Assembly (NCBI RefSeq): GCF_032191835.1
Contig: NC_083235.1
Span: 15,500,001 to 15,564,000, forward strand
DNA length: 64,000 nucleotides
Direction: 5' to 3'
Origin: Heteronotia binoei
Lineage: Eukaryota
The translations under genes were made by a program, and so were the position numbers. Each line of letters begins with the position of its first letter. Positions within the stretch are counted from its first letter, which is position 1. This document shows positions 11,386 through 23,065 of this stretch, piece after piece. Below the pieces are notes generated by a model, which worked only from the letters and a program-made list of their open reading frames with translations, was not told the origin of the DNA and made no database searches.

Positions 11386-12897
11386 GACTAGGGCCCACCC
11401 TGCTTAGATTCTGAGACCAATTTCCCACAAGCCTTATGTCGCTCTCACTCTCCTCTTCTCCACGAGGCTCCTGTTGGATTTCGCACTGTCTGCCCCGGAG
11501 CTGCAACTTGATCCGCCTCTTTCATGCAGCAAACAAGATCCTCTAAAAACCGGTTGTTGTTTGCCACGCGAAAAAGACGAAGCTAATTGCAGCCCCAGGG
11601 CAGATAGTGTGAAATCCGACGGACGTCTGGAGGAGAATAGGAGCATGAGAGCGGCATAAGGCTAGTGGGGAATCGGTCAGAGATTTACCAAGATCGAGCT
11701 AGCTTGTCCATCCAGGTCAGGACATGATGCATTTGTCCCTATGAATTCCCAGCTTTGAAAACATTCAGTGTACTAAAGCCAGGGCAGAGTCCTCTGTAGG
11801 CAAGACGGTTCAGTCATGAATGATGGAGCTTGAAACCAGGGCTTTTTTTTCGGGGGGGGGGGGGGGAGTGCCCCAGAATGAAGTTTCAAAACCTCTTTGT
11901 GGAAACAAAATTCTCAAAAAATGTTTAAAGTTTCATGAGGGACACGGGGAATATGATGTCAATTGCGAAAGGGAATTTCCCCAAATGAACCTGACAGTCG
12001 CTCTAGAAAAGTCCTCCTTGTCAGTCAAAACCAGGAGTGGCCAAATTATGGCTCAGGAGTCTCTTCCACACATTTCAAAGCCCTCACTGCCCCGTCAGCT
12101 GGCTTGGAGAAGGCATTTGTCTCTTCAAATCACTTCTCCAAGCCAAGCCGGCCAGCAGTTTGGAGAAGGCATTTAAAGCTGCTTTCTTTCCACCTCTCCT
12201 CCAATCTATTTGCCTCCGTCTTTCCCTCCCTCCCTGGCTGTCTTGCAGCTCTCAAACATCTGACATTTATTCTATGTGGCTCTTACGTTAAGCAAGTTTG
12301 GCCATGTTATTGGTCAAAACCATAACATCTTTGTTATTTATAAAAATGGTTGGGCTCCTCTTAACAGTCCTTGATTTGACAAAGTATGTAACAACATAGT
12401 TGCTTGAAGGTCGTCATTCAGCCTAAAGGCACCAAAAAGAAAGACCTGAAAAAGAAAGGAGGAAGTTGTTGACATGTCTAAAGTTTGGAAATTGCTTTAA
12501 AGTATCAGTAAGTCTGCAGCACATTCAAATAATATTGTTTCAAGGAATCCAGTGTGTTTCTCCTTCATTTCACTCCTGAGAGTTCCAGCACCTCTTTTTC
12601 CAGAAAAAAAGACCTTAAAGTCCTTGCTTTTTAAATTTTTTAAAATCTTAATTTATTTAATTTATTAAGATTGTGCAAAAGATGATACAATAATTAAAGG
12701 GGATATACATTATATGGTTGTAGAATCGTTGCATACAGAGTACTTCAGTTTAAAAAGACTGGAACTTGCAGTGGTCAATTTGAAATAACCAAAGATACCA
12801 AATATAAATGCAGTAATCACTAAAATAGGGAAATAGAGTATATTGTAAAAAGACTCTAAAAAATACCTGGGCGATGCGGCATCACCCCAGAGTCAGA

Positions 12898-13450
12898 ATT
12901 ATTATTATTTATTTCTGTAATTTATAGTCCGCCCTTTTCCATGGTGGGCTCAGGGCAGATTCCAACATGGTAAAACAATTAAAACTAACAATAAACAATC
13001 AAGCAGACAAATAATAAAACAATCAAACCGTTAAAACAGATTTTAAAATTAAAACAGTTAAACCATGGCTCAGAATTAATTTAAGGCAGCATGGATGGGG
13101 TGGACACATCAATTAAGACATACTTGTCACAGCTTAGGTGTCCAAAAGATGTCAACTGTATTGGCCTGATTTTGAGCAACGAGTGCAGGGAGGCCTATAA
13201 GATGGTGTAATAGGATAAGGACGCCCGCCCGCCTCAGCCAAAGGCCTGGCGGAACAGCTCCGTCTTACAAGCCCTCTGGAATGGCAACAAATCCGGTAGG
13301 GCCCGAACCTCCATAAGAAGCTGATTCCACCAGGTTGGGGCCAAGAATGAGAAAGCCCTGGCCCTGGTCGAGGCAAGCTGGACGTCCCTTGGGCCGGACG
13401 TCCCTTGGTCAGGAGATGTTGACTGGCCGATCGTAATGACCTCCGGGGCT
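12898..13450 (-). mobile_element. L2-type LINE 3' fragment upstream of each B gene
   Basis: RAFSFLAPTWWNQL...PFQRACKTELFRQAF on the minus strand; copies at 28482-29035 and 41222-41708. Confidence 0.78.
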
Positions 13451-13765
13451 GGTGCTTGCACTGGGAAAACGACTGGCGTTTGCACAGGGGAATTGCCTTT
13501 ACTTTACAAAAAACCAATATTTCATCTCATCCTATGTATCAGTCAAACCAACTCTGTTGTCTAATTGTGAGTGTGAAAAAAGGAAGATGTGTGAGTATAT
13601 GTTGAAAATAAGAGGTATACTGAAATATGTGGAATTGTGGGAGCTGATGTTATTAGAGGAGATGTAACTCAACAAAAGGAAGTCATTTTCCTGTGAAGTT
13701 TGTTTGTTTGGGGGTAAATTTCTGATTGTTGAAGACATCTCTCTCCCCCACTCTTCTTCCCAGCC

Positions 13766-14698
13766 ATGGCTTTTCAGAGCAACACAACTTGTTACTATGG
13801 ATTCATCCTACAAGGTCTCTCCAATCAGCCGGAACATGAGCGTCTCTTCCTCCCCATCTTCTTCTTCTTCTACCTGATGATCCTTCTAGGCAATCTGCTG
13901 ATCACTCTCCTTATCTACTACAATGCCCGCCTCTACCAGACCCCCATGTATTTCTTCCTCAGCCATCTCTCATTGGTTGATGTGGGGCTTTCCTCCTCTA
14001 CCATTCCCAAGTTGCTGCATAACCTACTGACTCATACCAAAAGCATATCCTATGGTGGGTGCCTGTCTCAAATGTTCTTCTTCTTGGGCTTTGGAATCAC
14101 AGAAAGTTTCCTCCTGTCCTCCATGGCCTATGATCGGTACGTGGCCATCTGCCACCCATTTCGTTACGCCATTCTGATGAATCTGAGGAATTGTCTGCTC
14201 TTGGCTTCCGGCTGTTGGCTTTTGGGTTTCCTCAACTCCCTGCTCTACACTGTGCAGATGTCTCGTCTTTCCTTCTGTGGCTCCCGGGAGATCCCCCACT
14301 ATTTTTGTGACCTCCATCCTTTAATCAAGCTCTCCTGCTCTGACACCTCAGCCATTCAGATGACCACCCTCACCGAGGGGACGGTGACCATGGTGGGACC
14401 CTTTGCAGTCACCATCCTCTCTTACTCCCTCATCTTCTACAAAGTTCTCAGGATCCCATCAGCAGCTGGGAAGCGTAAAGCCTTTTCGACCTGCAGTGCC
14501 CATCTCACCTCGGTGGTTCTGCTTTTTGGGACAGTGATTGCTGTATATCTCCATCCCACCGCCACGTATTCCAGCCCCAAGGTCCGGGTGATGTCCGTAG
14601 CCTACACAGTTGTGACGCCCATGCTCAACCCTTTCATCTACAGCCTGAGGAACTCTGAGATCCAGCAGGCTCTGAGGAAGTGCCTAGGGGTCATCTGA
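13766..14698 (+). CDS. Olfactory receptor B1 (310 aa), intact
   Basis: QTPMYFFLS, MAYDRYVAICHP, KAFSTCSAHL, PMLNPFIYSLRN, NTT sequon; acceptor ctcttcttcccAG at 13762-13763 followed by ccATG. Confidence 0.95.
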   Translation: MAFQSNTTCYYGFILQGLSNQPEHERLFLPIFFFFYLMILLGNLLITLLIYYNARLYQTPMYFFLSHLSLVDVGLSSSTIPKLLHNLLTHTKSISYGGCLSQMFFFLGFGITESFLLSSMAYDRYVAICHPFRYAILMNLRNCLLLASGCWLLGFLNSLLYTVQMSRLSFCGSREIPHYFCDLHPLIKLSCSDTSAIQMTTLTEGTVTMVGPFAVTILSYSLIFYKVLRIPSAAGKRKAFSTCSAHLTSVVLLFGTVIAVYLHPTATYSSPKVRVMSVAYTVVTPMLNPFIYSLRNSEIQQALRKCLGVI

Positions 14699-14798
14699 AG
14701 CCCCAGTTCTGTGGTGGCCTTTTCCCATGGCTCTGTGCCCTAGTTCAGGGATGGCCAAACTTGCTTAAGAGAAAGAACCACTTAGAAGAAATGTCAGA

Positions 14799-16684
14799 NN
14801 NNNNNNNNNNNNNNNNNNNNNNNNNNNNNNNNNNNNNNNNNNNNNNNNNNNNNNNNNNNNNNNNNNNNNNNNNNNNNNNNNNNNNNNNNNNNNNNNNNNN
14901 NNNNNNNNNNNNNNNNNNNNNNNNNNNNNNNNNNNNNNNNNNNNNNNNNNNNNNNNNNNNNNNNNNNNNNNNNNNNNNNNNNNNNNNNNNNNNNNNNNNN
15001 NNNNNNNNNNNNNNNNNNNNNNNNNNNNNNNNNNNNNNNNNNNNNNNNNNNNNNNNNNNNNNNNNNNNNNNNNNNNNNNNAGGGAAGAAAAGAACAGAGG
15101 GAGGGAGGGAAGGAAGGAAGGAACAGAGGGAGGGGAGGGAAGGAAGGGAGGAACAATGGGAGGGAAGGATGGAAGTAAAGAAGGAACAGAGGGAGGGGGA
15201 GGAAAGGAAGGAAGGAACAGAGGGAGGGAAGGAAGGAAGGAAGGAACAGAGGGAGGGAGGGAAGGAAGGAAGGAACAGAGGGAGGGGAGGGAAGGAAGGG
15301 AGGAACAGTGGGAGGGAAGGATGGAAGTAANNNNNNNNNNNNNNNNNNNNNNNNNNNNNNNNNNNNNNNNNNNNNNNNNNNNNNNNNNNNNNNNNNNNNN
15401 NNNNNNNNNNNNNNNNNNNNNNNNNNNNNNNNNNNNNNNNNNNNNNNNNNNNNNNNNNNNNNNNNNNNNNNNNNNNNNNNNNNNNNNNNNNNNNNNNNNN
15501 NNNNNNNNNNNNNNNNNNNNNNNNNNNNNNNNNNNNNNNNNNNNNNNNNNNNNNNNNNNNNNNNNNNNNNNNNNNNNNNNNNNNNNNNNNNNNNNNNNNN
15601 NNNNNNNNNNNNNNNNNNNNNNNNNNNNNNNNNNNNNNNNNNNNNNNNNNNNNNNNNNNNNNNNNNNNNNNNNNNNNNNNNNNNNNNNNNNNNNNNNNNN
15701 NNNNNNNNNNNNNNNNNNNNNNNNNNNNNNNNNNNNNNNNNNNNNNNNNNNNNNNNNNNNNNNNNNNNNNNNNNNNNNNNNNNNNNNNNNNNNNNNNNNN
15801 NNNNNNNNNNNNNNNNNNNNNNNNNNNNNNNNNGAAGGAAGAAACAGAGGGAGGGAAGGAAGAAAGGAAAAGTGGGAGGGAAGGAAGGAAGAAACCGAGG
15901 GAAGGAAGAAACCGAGGGAAGGAAGGAAGGAACAGTGGGAGGGAAGGAAGGAAGAAACAGAGGGAGGGAAGGAGGGAAGGAACAGAGGGAGGGAGGGAAG
16001 GAAGGAAGGAACAGTGGGAGGGAAGGAGGAAACGGANNNNNNNNNNNNNNNNNNNNNNNNNNNNNNNNNNNNNNNNNNNNNNNNNNNNNNNNNNNNNNNN
16101 NNNNNNNNNNNNNNNNNNNNNNNNNNNNNNNNNNNNNNNNNNNNNNNNNNNNNNNNNNNNNNNNNNNNNNNNNNNNNNNNNNNNNNNNNNNNNNNNNNNN
16201 NNNNNNNNNNNNNNNNNNNNNNNNNNNNNNNNNNNNNNNNNNNNNNNNNNNNNNNNNNNNNNNNNNNNNNNNNNNNNNNNNNNNNNNNNNNNNNNNNNNN
16301 NNNNNNNNNNNNNNNNNNNNNNNNNNNNNNNNNNNNNNNNNNNNNNNNNNNNNNNNNNNNNNNNNNNNNNNNNNNNNNNNNNNNNNNNNNNNNNNNNNNN
16401 NNNNNNNNNNNNNNNNNNNNNNNNNNNNNNNNNNNNNNNNNNNNNNNNNNNNNNNNNNNNNNNNNNNNNNNNNNNNNNNNNNNNNNNNNNNNNNNNNNNN
16501 NNNNNNNNNCGGAACAGAGAGAGGGGNNNNNNNNNNNNNNNNNNNNNNNNNNNNNNNNNNNNNNNNNNNNNNNNNNNNNNNNNNNNNNNNNNNNNNNNNN
16601 NNNNNNNNNNNNNNNNNNNNNNNNNNNNNNNNNNNNNNNNNNNNNNNNNNNNNNNNNNNNNNNNNNNNNNNNNNNNNNNNNNNN
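14799..16684. repeat. Polypurine (GGAA/GAGG/GGAACAGA) minisatellite, largely N-masked
   Basis: Visible islands of GGAAGGAACAGAGGGAGGGA-type units, inside a hAT MITE (14746-16858, TSD about GCCTAGT(T/G)). Confidence 0.85.
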
Positions 16685-17111
16685 GAAAGAAAGCAATTTT
16701 AACTTTAATCCATTCTCCAAGCTGCTGGCTGGCTTGGCTTGGAGAAGCTCTTTAAAGAGAGAATGCATACTCCAATGGGGTGGCAGGGGCTCTGAGACCC
16801 ACACAGTACATGTGAAAGAGCCACATGTGACCCCCGGGCTGCAGTCTGGCCACCCCTGGCCTAGTGTATACTGAACCCATGGTTCCAGGAAAACTGGCAA
16901 CTTTTATCTATGCCAAGTTAACCACCAAGCTGGAGCCCATCGGAGCAATGAGATGAATTCAACCATGAAGACAGCCATCTGGGAACTGAAACTTCAGGAC
17001 ATTCCAAGTTCAGGGTCATATATTTTTGCTGTTCTAAGCTTTGCTTTTAAGTCCCTTGCATCTTTGTAAAATAAACAACATTTTAAAATCCTTCTGACTA
17101 CGTAGTGAAGG

Positions 17112-17310
17112 AAAGTGCTGTCAAGTCATTACTGGTGACCCTGTTGGGGTTTTGAGGCAAGAGATGTTCAGAGGTGGTTTCCCATAGCTGCTTCCACGTC
17201 CCAACCCTGGTATTCCTTGGACGTCTCCCATCTAAAGAATAGCCAGGGTCAACCCTGCTTAGTTGCTGAGATCTGATAAGATTGGGCTAGCCTGGACTAT
17301 TCAGGTCGGG
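17112..17310 (-). mobile_element. 5S-derived SINE
   Basis: Reverse complement of the 61896-type element; duplicated at 43799-43998; + strand copy at 56520-56665. Confidence 0.7.
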
Positions 17311-19559
17311 GCTTAGAATACATACAAGCAGGGCTTTTTGTGTAGCAGGAACTCCTTTGCATATTAGGCCACACACCCCTGATGTAGCCAATCCTCCTGG
17401 CGCTTACAGTAGGCTCTGTATGAAGAGCCCTGTAAGGTCCAGTCGGATTGGCTACATCAGGGTGTGTGTCGCCTAATATGCAAAGGGGTTCCTGCTACAA
17501 AAAGCCCCGCATGCAGGTGTCTTATACGGAAGCAGATTGCTGGTCCATTTAGTCTGGTATCTGTCTCCAACAGTTTCCTCCAGAAATGTGTCCTAGCTAA
17601 GGTTCTTTGGACTGGAATGGCCAAGGAATGAATCTGCCATCTTGTGTACACAATAACTATTTTGTAACCAATGAGCCGTGGCTGTACCTCTTTGTCCTAC
17701 AGTTGTACCAGCTTTTAACCAGGTTTGGTTCCTCACTCCTCCACATGCACCTGATGATGTGACCTTGAGCCGGTCACAAATTCTTGCAGCTGTCCTGTTT
17801 CTTTCAACAGCAGTTTCTGTCAGAGCTCTCTCAGCTCCACCTACCTCACAGGGCCCCTGTTGTGGGGAGGGGAAGGGAAAGGAGATTGTAAACTGCTCTG
17901 GGTAGTGAAGGGAGGGGCAGAAATCCAATCTCTTCTTCTTCTAATATCCTGGCAGACGTATTTTATTTTATTTAACCATGATTTTTACCCAGCCTTTCTC
18001 TCCCCAAGCAGCCACCGGGGAAGCTGACAATTTAAAATGCAAAAATTAAAATCTCATCATAAAAAACCATTGAAAGTGACATACAAACACAGTACATCAT
18101 TAAAACATTTTTAAAACAGCGTAAATGCAAAAGATAAAAAAAAACAACATTGGGGAGGAAAGAGGGATCACTGAGAGACAGCCAAATGAAACAAAACAGT
18201 CTTCACCTGCTGGCGGAGGATGACAATAGAAGGGGAAAGACAAATCTCCCTGGGGAGAAAGTTCCAGAGTTTTGGGTCCACTACTGACAAAGCCCTATCT
18301 TGGGCTGGCACATGCCTAATTTTAGGAGGCAGGGGCACCACAAGCAGGGTCTCTGAGGATGACAGCAGTGGTTGGGTAGGTTCATAAGGGAATTGGCAGT
18401 CCTTCAGGTTAACACATGGTTAACAGAGCATGCTTGAGGTAGTAGAACATAAAAGAAGTCATGTGGGATCAGGCCGATAGCCCATTCAGTCCAACACTCT
18501 GGGTCACACTTTGGGGGTGGAGCCAGGAGCAAGACTGTGACTGGCATAATTGAACTCCAAAGGGAGTTCTGGCCATCACATTTAAAGGGACCACACACCT
18601 TTTAAATGCCTTCCCGCCACTGGAAATAATGAAGGATGGGGCGCCTTCTTTTTGGAGCTCATAGAATTGGACTCCCCTATCAGTCTCCGTAGGGAATAAT
18701 GGAGTGCCCAGCAGACATTTCCCCCCCCCCCTGCTTTCTGATGACCCTGAAGTGGGGGGAGGGCTCCAAACCAGGGGATCTCCTGCCCCCCATCTGGGGA
18801 TTGGCAACCCTATTTGGAGGGCACCAGCAGCTGAAACCCTGAATTGGGTAGTAAGAACCTGGATGATAAAAACAATGGGGGAAAAAAATCTCTTCACAGC
18901 TTCTGGTAGAACTACCACATAGTCTCCACACCTGATGCGAGACAGTGTATCGGACTGTCTCTCACACCCCTGAAACCGCCTTACACTGAATCAGACCATT
19001 GGCCCATCAAGGCCAGTGCTGTCTACTCAGATTGGCTGCGACTCTCCAGGACTTCAGGTAGACCCTGTATTTCCCTGATGGCTTCCAGATGTCAGGAGGG
19101 GGTATTTCTTCGTGACCCAAATGGCAGTGATCTTAGTGTGGTCTTCTAAGAGAGAAATATGGAAGGGGCAGTGGCGGATTAAACCCTGTGGAGGCCCCTG
19201 GGCAGTTGAAATCTTGGGGGTCCCCTTGCAAATTATCTTAGAGTCTGAGAGTTCGCCCCACCTCCGTCCCCTGCAGCATTCTTTAAAACTCCTTTTACTA
19301 AGCTGCAAGGGAGACGCAGAGAGAGGCAAACTTGGTGAGGACACCAGCAGCAGCCGCTCCAGGCAAGTCAGGCAAAGAGCAGCTCAGTTGCTGGCTGTGT
19401 GTGCAGGCTGAGAGGGGAAGGGGAAATGGGGGGTGGGCGGGGAAGCTGGTTCGGGGCCCCTAAAGGCGTGGGGCCCCATAGGCCAGTGCCTTCTTGACCT
19501 AACTGTTAATCCAGCTCTGGGAAGGGGGCAACTCTGCATGCTCGCTCTGGTTGTAGCAA

Positions 19560-19933
19560 GTCCCTTTTGGGTTTTCTTGAAGTCACTCCATGAAGGCGGG
19601 GAGGATCAGGAGTGTTTGCTTGCTGTCAACACTAGGCTAATTTGCCAAGCCCTTGAGGTGCTTTGTCTGAACTAGTCCACAGAGAATCTCTCAAGAGGGA
19701 ACCAGGCTGAGTCGTCCTCTGTCCCTATGTTCTGGGTGTCGTAGCTCCCAAGAGTCCAAAGGCATGAAGAAAAGCTGGCGGTACCCTTGCAGCACTGCCT
19801 TCTGATGCTGCAGCAAAGGATGCACCACATCTGTTCCACAGGAGCTCCCGGTGCGAAGCTCCCTGCATCTTTCAGTTCAGCAACTTCGACGACACGTGTG
19901 CGGTTCTAACTCTTGCTAATCAGTTGGGTAAGC
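19560..19933 (+). promoter_or_regulatory. Candidate promoter and non-coding first exon of C1
   Basis: Four YYYCARRRR (O/E) matches at 19574, 19650, 19689 and 19746, TAATTT at 19638, donor G|GTAAGC at 19928; conserved in a diverged paralog at 61.5 kb. Confidence 0.5.
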
Positions 19934-20127
19934 AGGGGCACTGTGTGCATTGTAAGAGTTCTACTGTCCAATAAGCGTATCAAAGTGTTCCTTCTCTGAG
20001 TCCTCTCTAATGTACTCTCTACAAAGGACAACCTTTTGGAAACTTCAGGAAATTTGCAGCCACATTGATGGCAAAATTCTACTGGCAAATAGATGTTTTG
20101 CACTGATTAAGATTAATGTTCCCTCAT

Positions 20128-20423
20128 AAGAACCCCATGGCGCAGAGTGGTAAAGCTGCAGTACTGCAGTCCTAAGCTATGCTCATGACTTGAGTTTGAT
20201 CCCTGCAGAAGCTGGGTTCAGTTAGCCCGACGAGGTTGACTCAGCCTTCCATCCTTCCGAGGTCAGTAAAATGGGGATCCAGCTTGCTGGGGGGGACAGT
20301 GTAGATGACTGGGGTAGGCAATGGCAAACCACCCCATAAAAAGTCTGCCATGAAAACGTGATGTGACGTCACCCCAGATTCGGAAACAATTGGTGCTTGC
20401 ACAGGGGACTACCTTTACCTTTA
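20128..20423 (+). mobile_element. Sauria SINE
   Basis: tRNA-like head GGCGCAGAGTGGTAAAGCTGCAG, GGCAATGGCAAACCAC body, (ACCTTT)n tail; copies at 47471-47770 and 49715-50190. Confidence 0.8.
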
Positions 20424-20887
20424 CTCCCTCTAAGCTGCAAAGTCTTGTACTTTGTGAGCTAGTAGCATTGGAATTGTGAGCTACTGGCATTTAAGTTGTG
20501 GGCTACTGCATAAATTAATGTGCTCTGGGGTCATCCTTCCTGAGCTAAGACAAAAATGCGTGAGCTGGAGACTAAAAATATGTGAGCTAGCGCACACTAC
20601 CTCAGCTTAGAGGAAACACCGATTAAGACATAAGAAAGAATTAAGGCCCAGGAGGTCTTTACATGACTTGTCACCAGTGTTCCATCGAAGCTGAGTTAGG
20701 GTGAGCTAGCTCACAGTTTTTTTAGCCTCTGGCTCACACATTTTTGTCTTACCTTAGGGAAATTTGCCCCAGAGCAAACAAATAATTTATGCAGATAGAT
20801 CCAAGTGGGCAGCCTTGTTGGTCTGAAGTAGTTGAAGAGAGCAGGAGTCAAGTTTCACCTTTAAGACCAACCAAGTTTTATTCAGAA

Positions 20888-20928
20888 CGTAAGCTTTCGT
20901 GTGCTCTCTAAGCACACTTCATCAGACG
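20888..20928 (-). ncRNA. Minimal type I hammerhead-like motif (unit I copy)
   Basis: Identical to 48240-48280. Confidence 0.6.
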
Positions 20929-21345
20929 AGGGGATGAAGTATTGTGGGCTGAAATACAAGCAGTTTGTTGATTAAGTATGCAGACTGATCACATGGTAAA
21001 CCAGTGTGGCTCGGCCATTTGGTCTGGATAGCCATAAAAGGTAATAAAGTCCTCTGCTGATTGGCCTTTCTGTAAACCTAGGTGAATCACAAAAGGACGT
21101 GTATTTCCTAGTTGTAGTCCACCTAATTTACTTGATTGATGTTGATAAGTAAATTAGGTGGACTACAACTAGGAAATACACGTCCTTTTGGTGTAGTGTG
21201 CGATAAGTCTGAGAGCCAGTTTGGTGTATTGGTTAAGTGCGCAGACTATTATCTGGGAGAACCAGGTTTGATTACCCACTCCTTCACTTGCAGCTGCTGG
21301 AATGGCCTTGGGTCAGCCATAGCTCTCACAAGCATATTTACAAAC

Positions 21346-21413
21346 ATATTTACAAAATGTGATTCATACATGGAAAAAAGTGCCATTCAGCAACCTCATT
21401 ATTTTACATACCG

Positions 21414-21453
<40 letters not shown>

Positions 21454-21523
21454 AACGGTATGTAAGATGATAAGGTTGCTGAATGGCACTTTTTTTTTTG
21501 TATGAATCACATTTTGTAAATAT
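21346..21523. repeat. Hairpin with ~68-bp arms around a (GT)n loop
   Basis: 21346-21413 and 21456-21523 are near reverse complements; (GT)n at 21416-21448. Confidence 0.75.
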
Positions 21524-21908
21524 ATTTTTCAGAGTGGTTTTGATTTATTTGGTAGCAACTTCATTCCTCTGTGTAGTCTATAGTGTATCTTCACATAGCT
21601 CTCACAAGGGCAGTTTCTCAGCCCACTTACTCCACCGTGTATTTGTTGTGGGGGAGGAAGATAAGGGAGATTGTGAGCTGCTCTGATTCAGAGTGGAGGG
21701 TGGGATATAAATCCAATATCCTCCTCCTCCTCCTCCATCATCGTTGCATCCTACCAAACTAGTGGGCTTGCAGGACAGTTCCATTCCAATTTCCAATCCA
21801 AGCTGCAATAGGTAGCTAGTAAAGGAATGTATGCCATTGCCTTGGAAACTACCAGCCAAAACTTCCGCAGTGGTTATCTCACTTTCTTGTTATCTCACCC
21901 CTACAGCA

Positions 21909-22850
21909 ATGGATCACAGGAATGTCACTCAGGTCTCCGAATTCCTCATCCGTGGCTTCACTTCCCAACCCGAACTCCAGAAGATCCTTTTCCCCTTCTT
22001 CCTCTTCATGTATCTGCTCACCCTCCTGGGGAACGTCACCATCATCTTTGTGATCCACTCTGATGAGAAGCTTTTCCAAACCCCCATGTACTTCCTCCTC
22101 AGCTTCCTTGCAGTATGCGATTTGGGGTTTTGCAGCAACATCATCCCCAAGGCGATTGTAAACTTGGTGTCTCAGAAAAAGACCATCTCCTACCATGGCT
22201 GTCTGACACAGATATTTTTCGCAATCTTTATTGGCAATGCAGACAGCTACATCCTGGCTTCCATGGCCTATGACCGTTTTGTGGCCATCTGCCGCCCGCT
22301 CTACTATTCTGCCATGATGAGCTACAAGCGTTGCATTCAATTGGCAGCCATATCCTGGACCATCCCCTTCTTCCACTCTGTGCTTTACACCGTGATGATG
22401 TCTCATGTCGAGTTCTGTAACCCTGGGGAGATCGCTCAGTTTTTCTGTGACCTTTACCCTGTTCTGGATGTTTCTTGCTCTGACTCAAGCATTATAGATT
22501 TAGTCTTGATGACAGAGGGGTTAGTGGAGATCCTGGGGCCATTTGTGCTCATTCTCATTTCATACATCTTCATTTTCTATACCATCTTGAAGATTCCGTC
22601 AGCCGTTGCCAAGCGCAAGGCATTCTCGACATGCGGGTCCCACATTTGTGTGGTGCTCATGTACTTTGGTGGGATAAGTTTTATTTATTTCAAGCCAAAT
22701 GCCAATCACCCAGAGTACAAGGACACAGTGGCAGGTGTTATGTGCACCCTGGTAACCCCCATGTTGAATCCTTTCATCTATACCCTCAGGAACAATGAGA
22801 TGAAGGCAGCCATGAAGAGGGCCTACAAGAAGTATTTTCATAGATCTTGA
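21909..22850 (+). CDS. Olfactory receptor C1 (313 aa), intact
   Basis: QTPMYFLLS, MAYDRFVAICRPLYY, KAFSTCGSH, PMLNPFIYTLRN, NVT sequon; ATG 21909 follows acceptor AG at 21905-21906. Confidence 0.95.
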   Translation: MDHRNVTQVSEFLIRGFTSQPELQKILFPFFLFMYLLTLLGNVTIIFVIHSDEKLFQTPMYFLLSFLAVCDLGFCSNIIPKAIVNLVSQKKTISYHGCLTQIFFAIFIGNADSYILASMAYDRFVAICRPLYYSAMMSYKRCIQLAAISWTIPFFHSVLYTVMMSHVEFCNPGEIAQFFCDLYPVLDVSCSDSSIIDLVLMTEGLVEILGPFVLILISYIFIFYTILKIPSAVAKRKAFSTCGSHICVVLMYFGGISFIYFKPNANHPEYKDTVAGVMCTLVTPMLNPFIYTLRNNEMKAAMKRAYKKYFHRS

Positions 22851-23065
22851 AGGGTGAAACTAGAGGTATCTGGGAGATCTGTAACTGAATATACCAAGAG
22901 TTACAGATTCTGTCAGACACATTTGAAGAGTTCCCATTCCATTTACTGAACTGCCCTGACACTGATCTCCTTACATATTTGTTTGAGAGTGATTGCCTCT
23001 TTAGAAGGTAGATGTTTCCAAAAATGCAATTTCTTTTATATTAATTTTAAAAGTGCTTTTACCCC

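Noticed and set aside
12508-12513. GTAAGT donor as a B-gene first exon (also 28092 and 40835)
   Set aside because: The copies are too recent for conservation to be informative and no O/E cluster was found upstream; plausible but unsupported.
14680-16900. 200-700 aa ORFs (also 31725-33307 and 43001-43587)
   Set aside because: Translations of N-runs and GGAA repeats.
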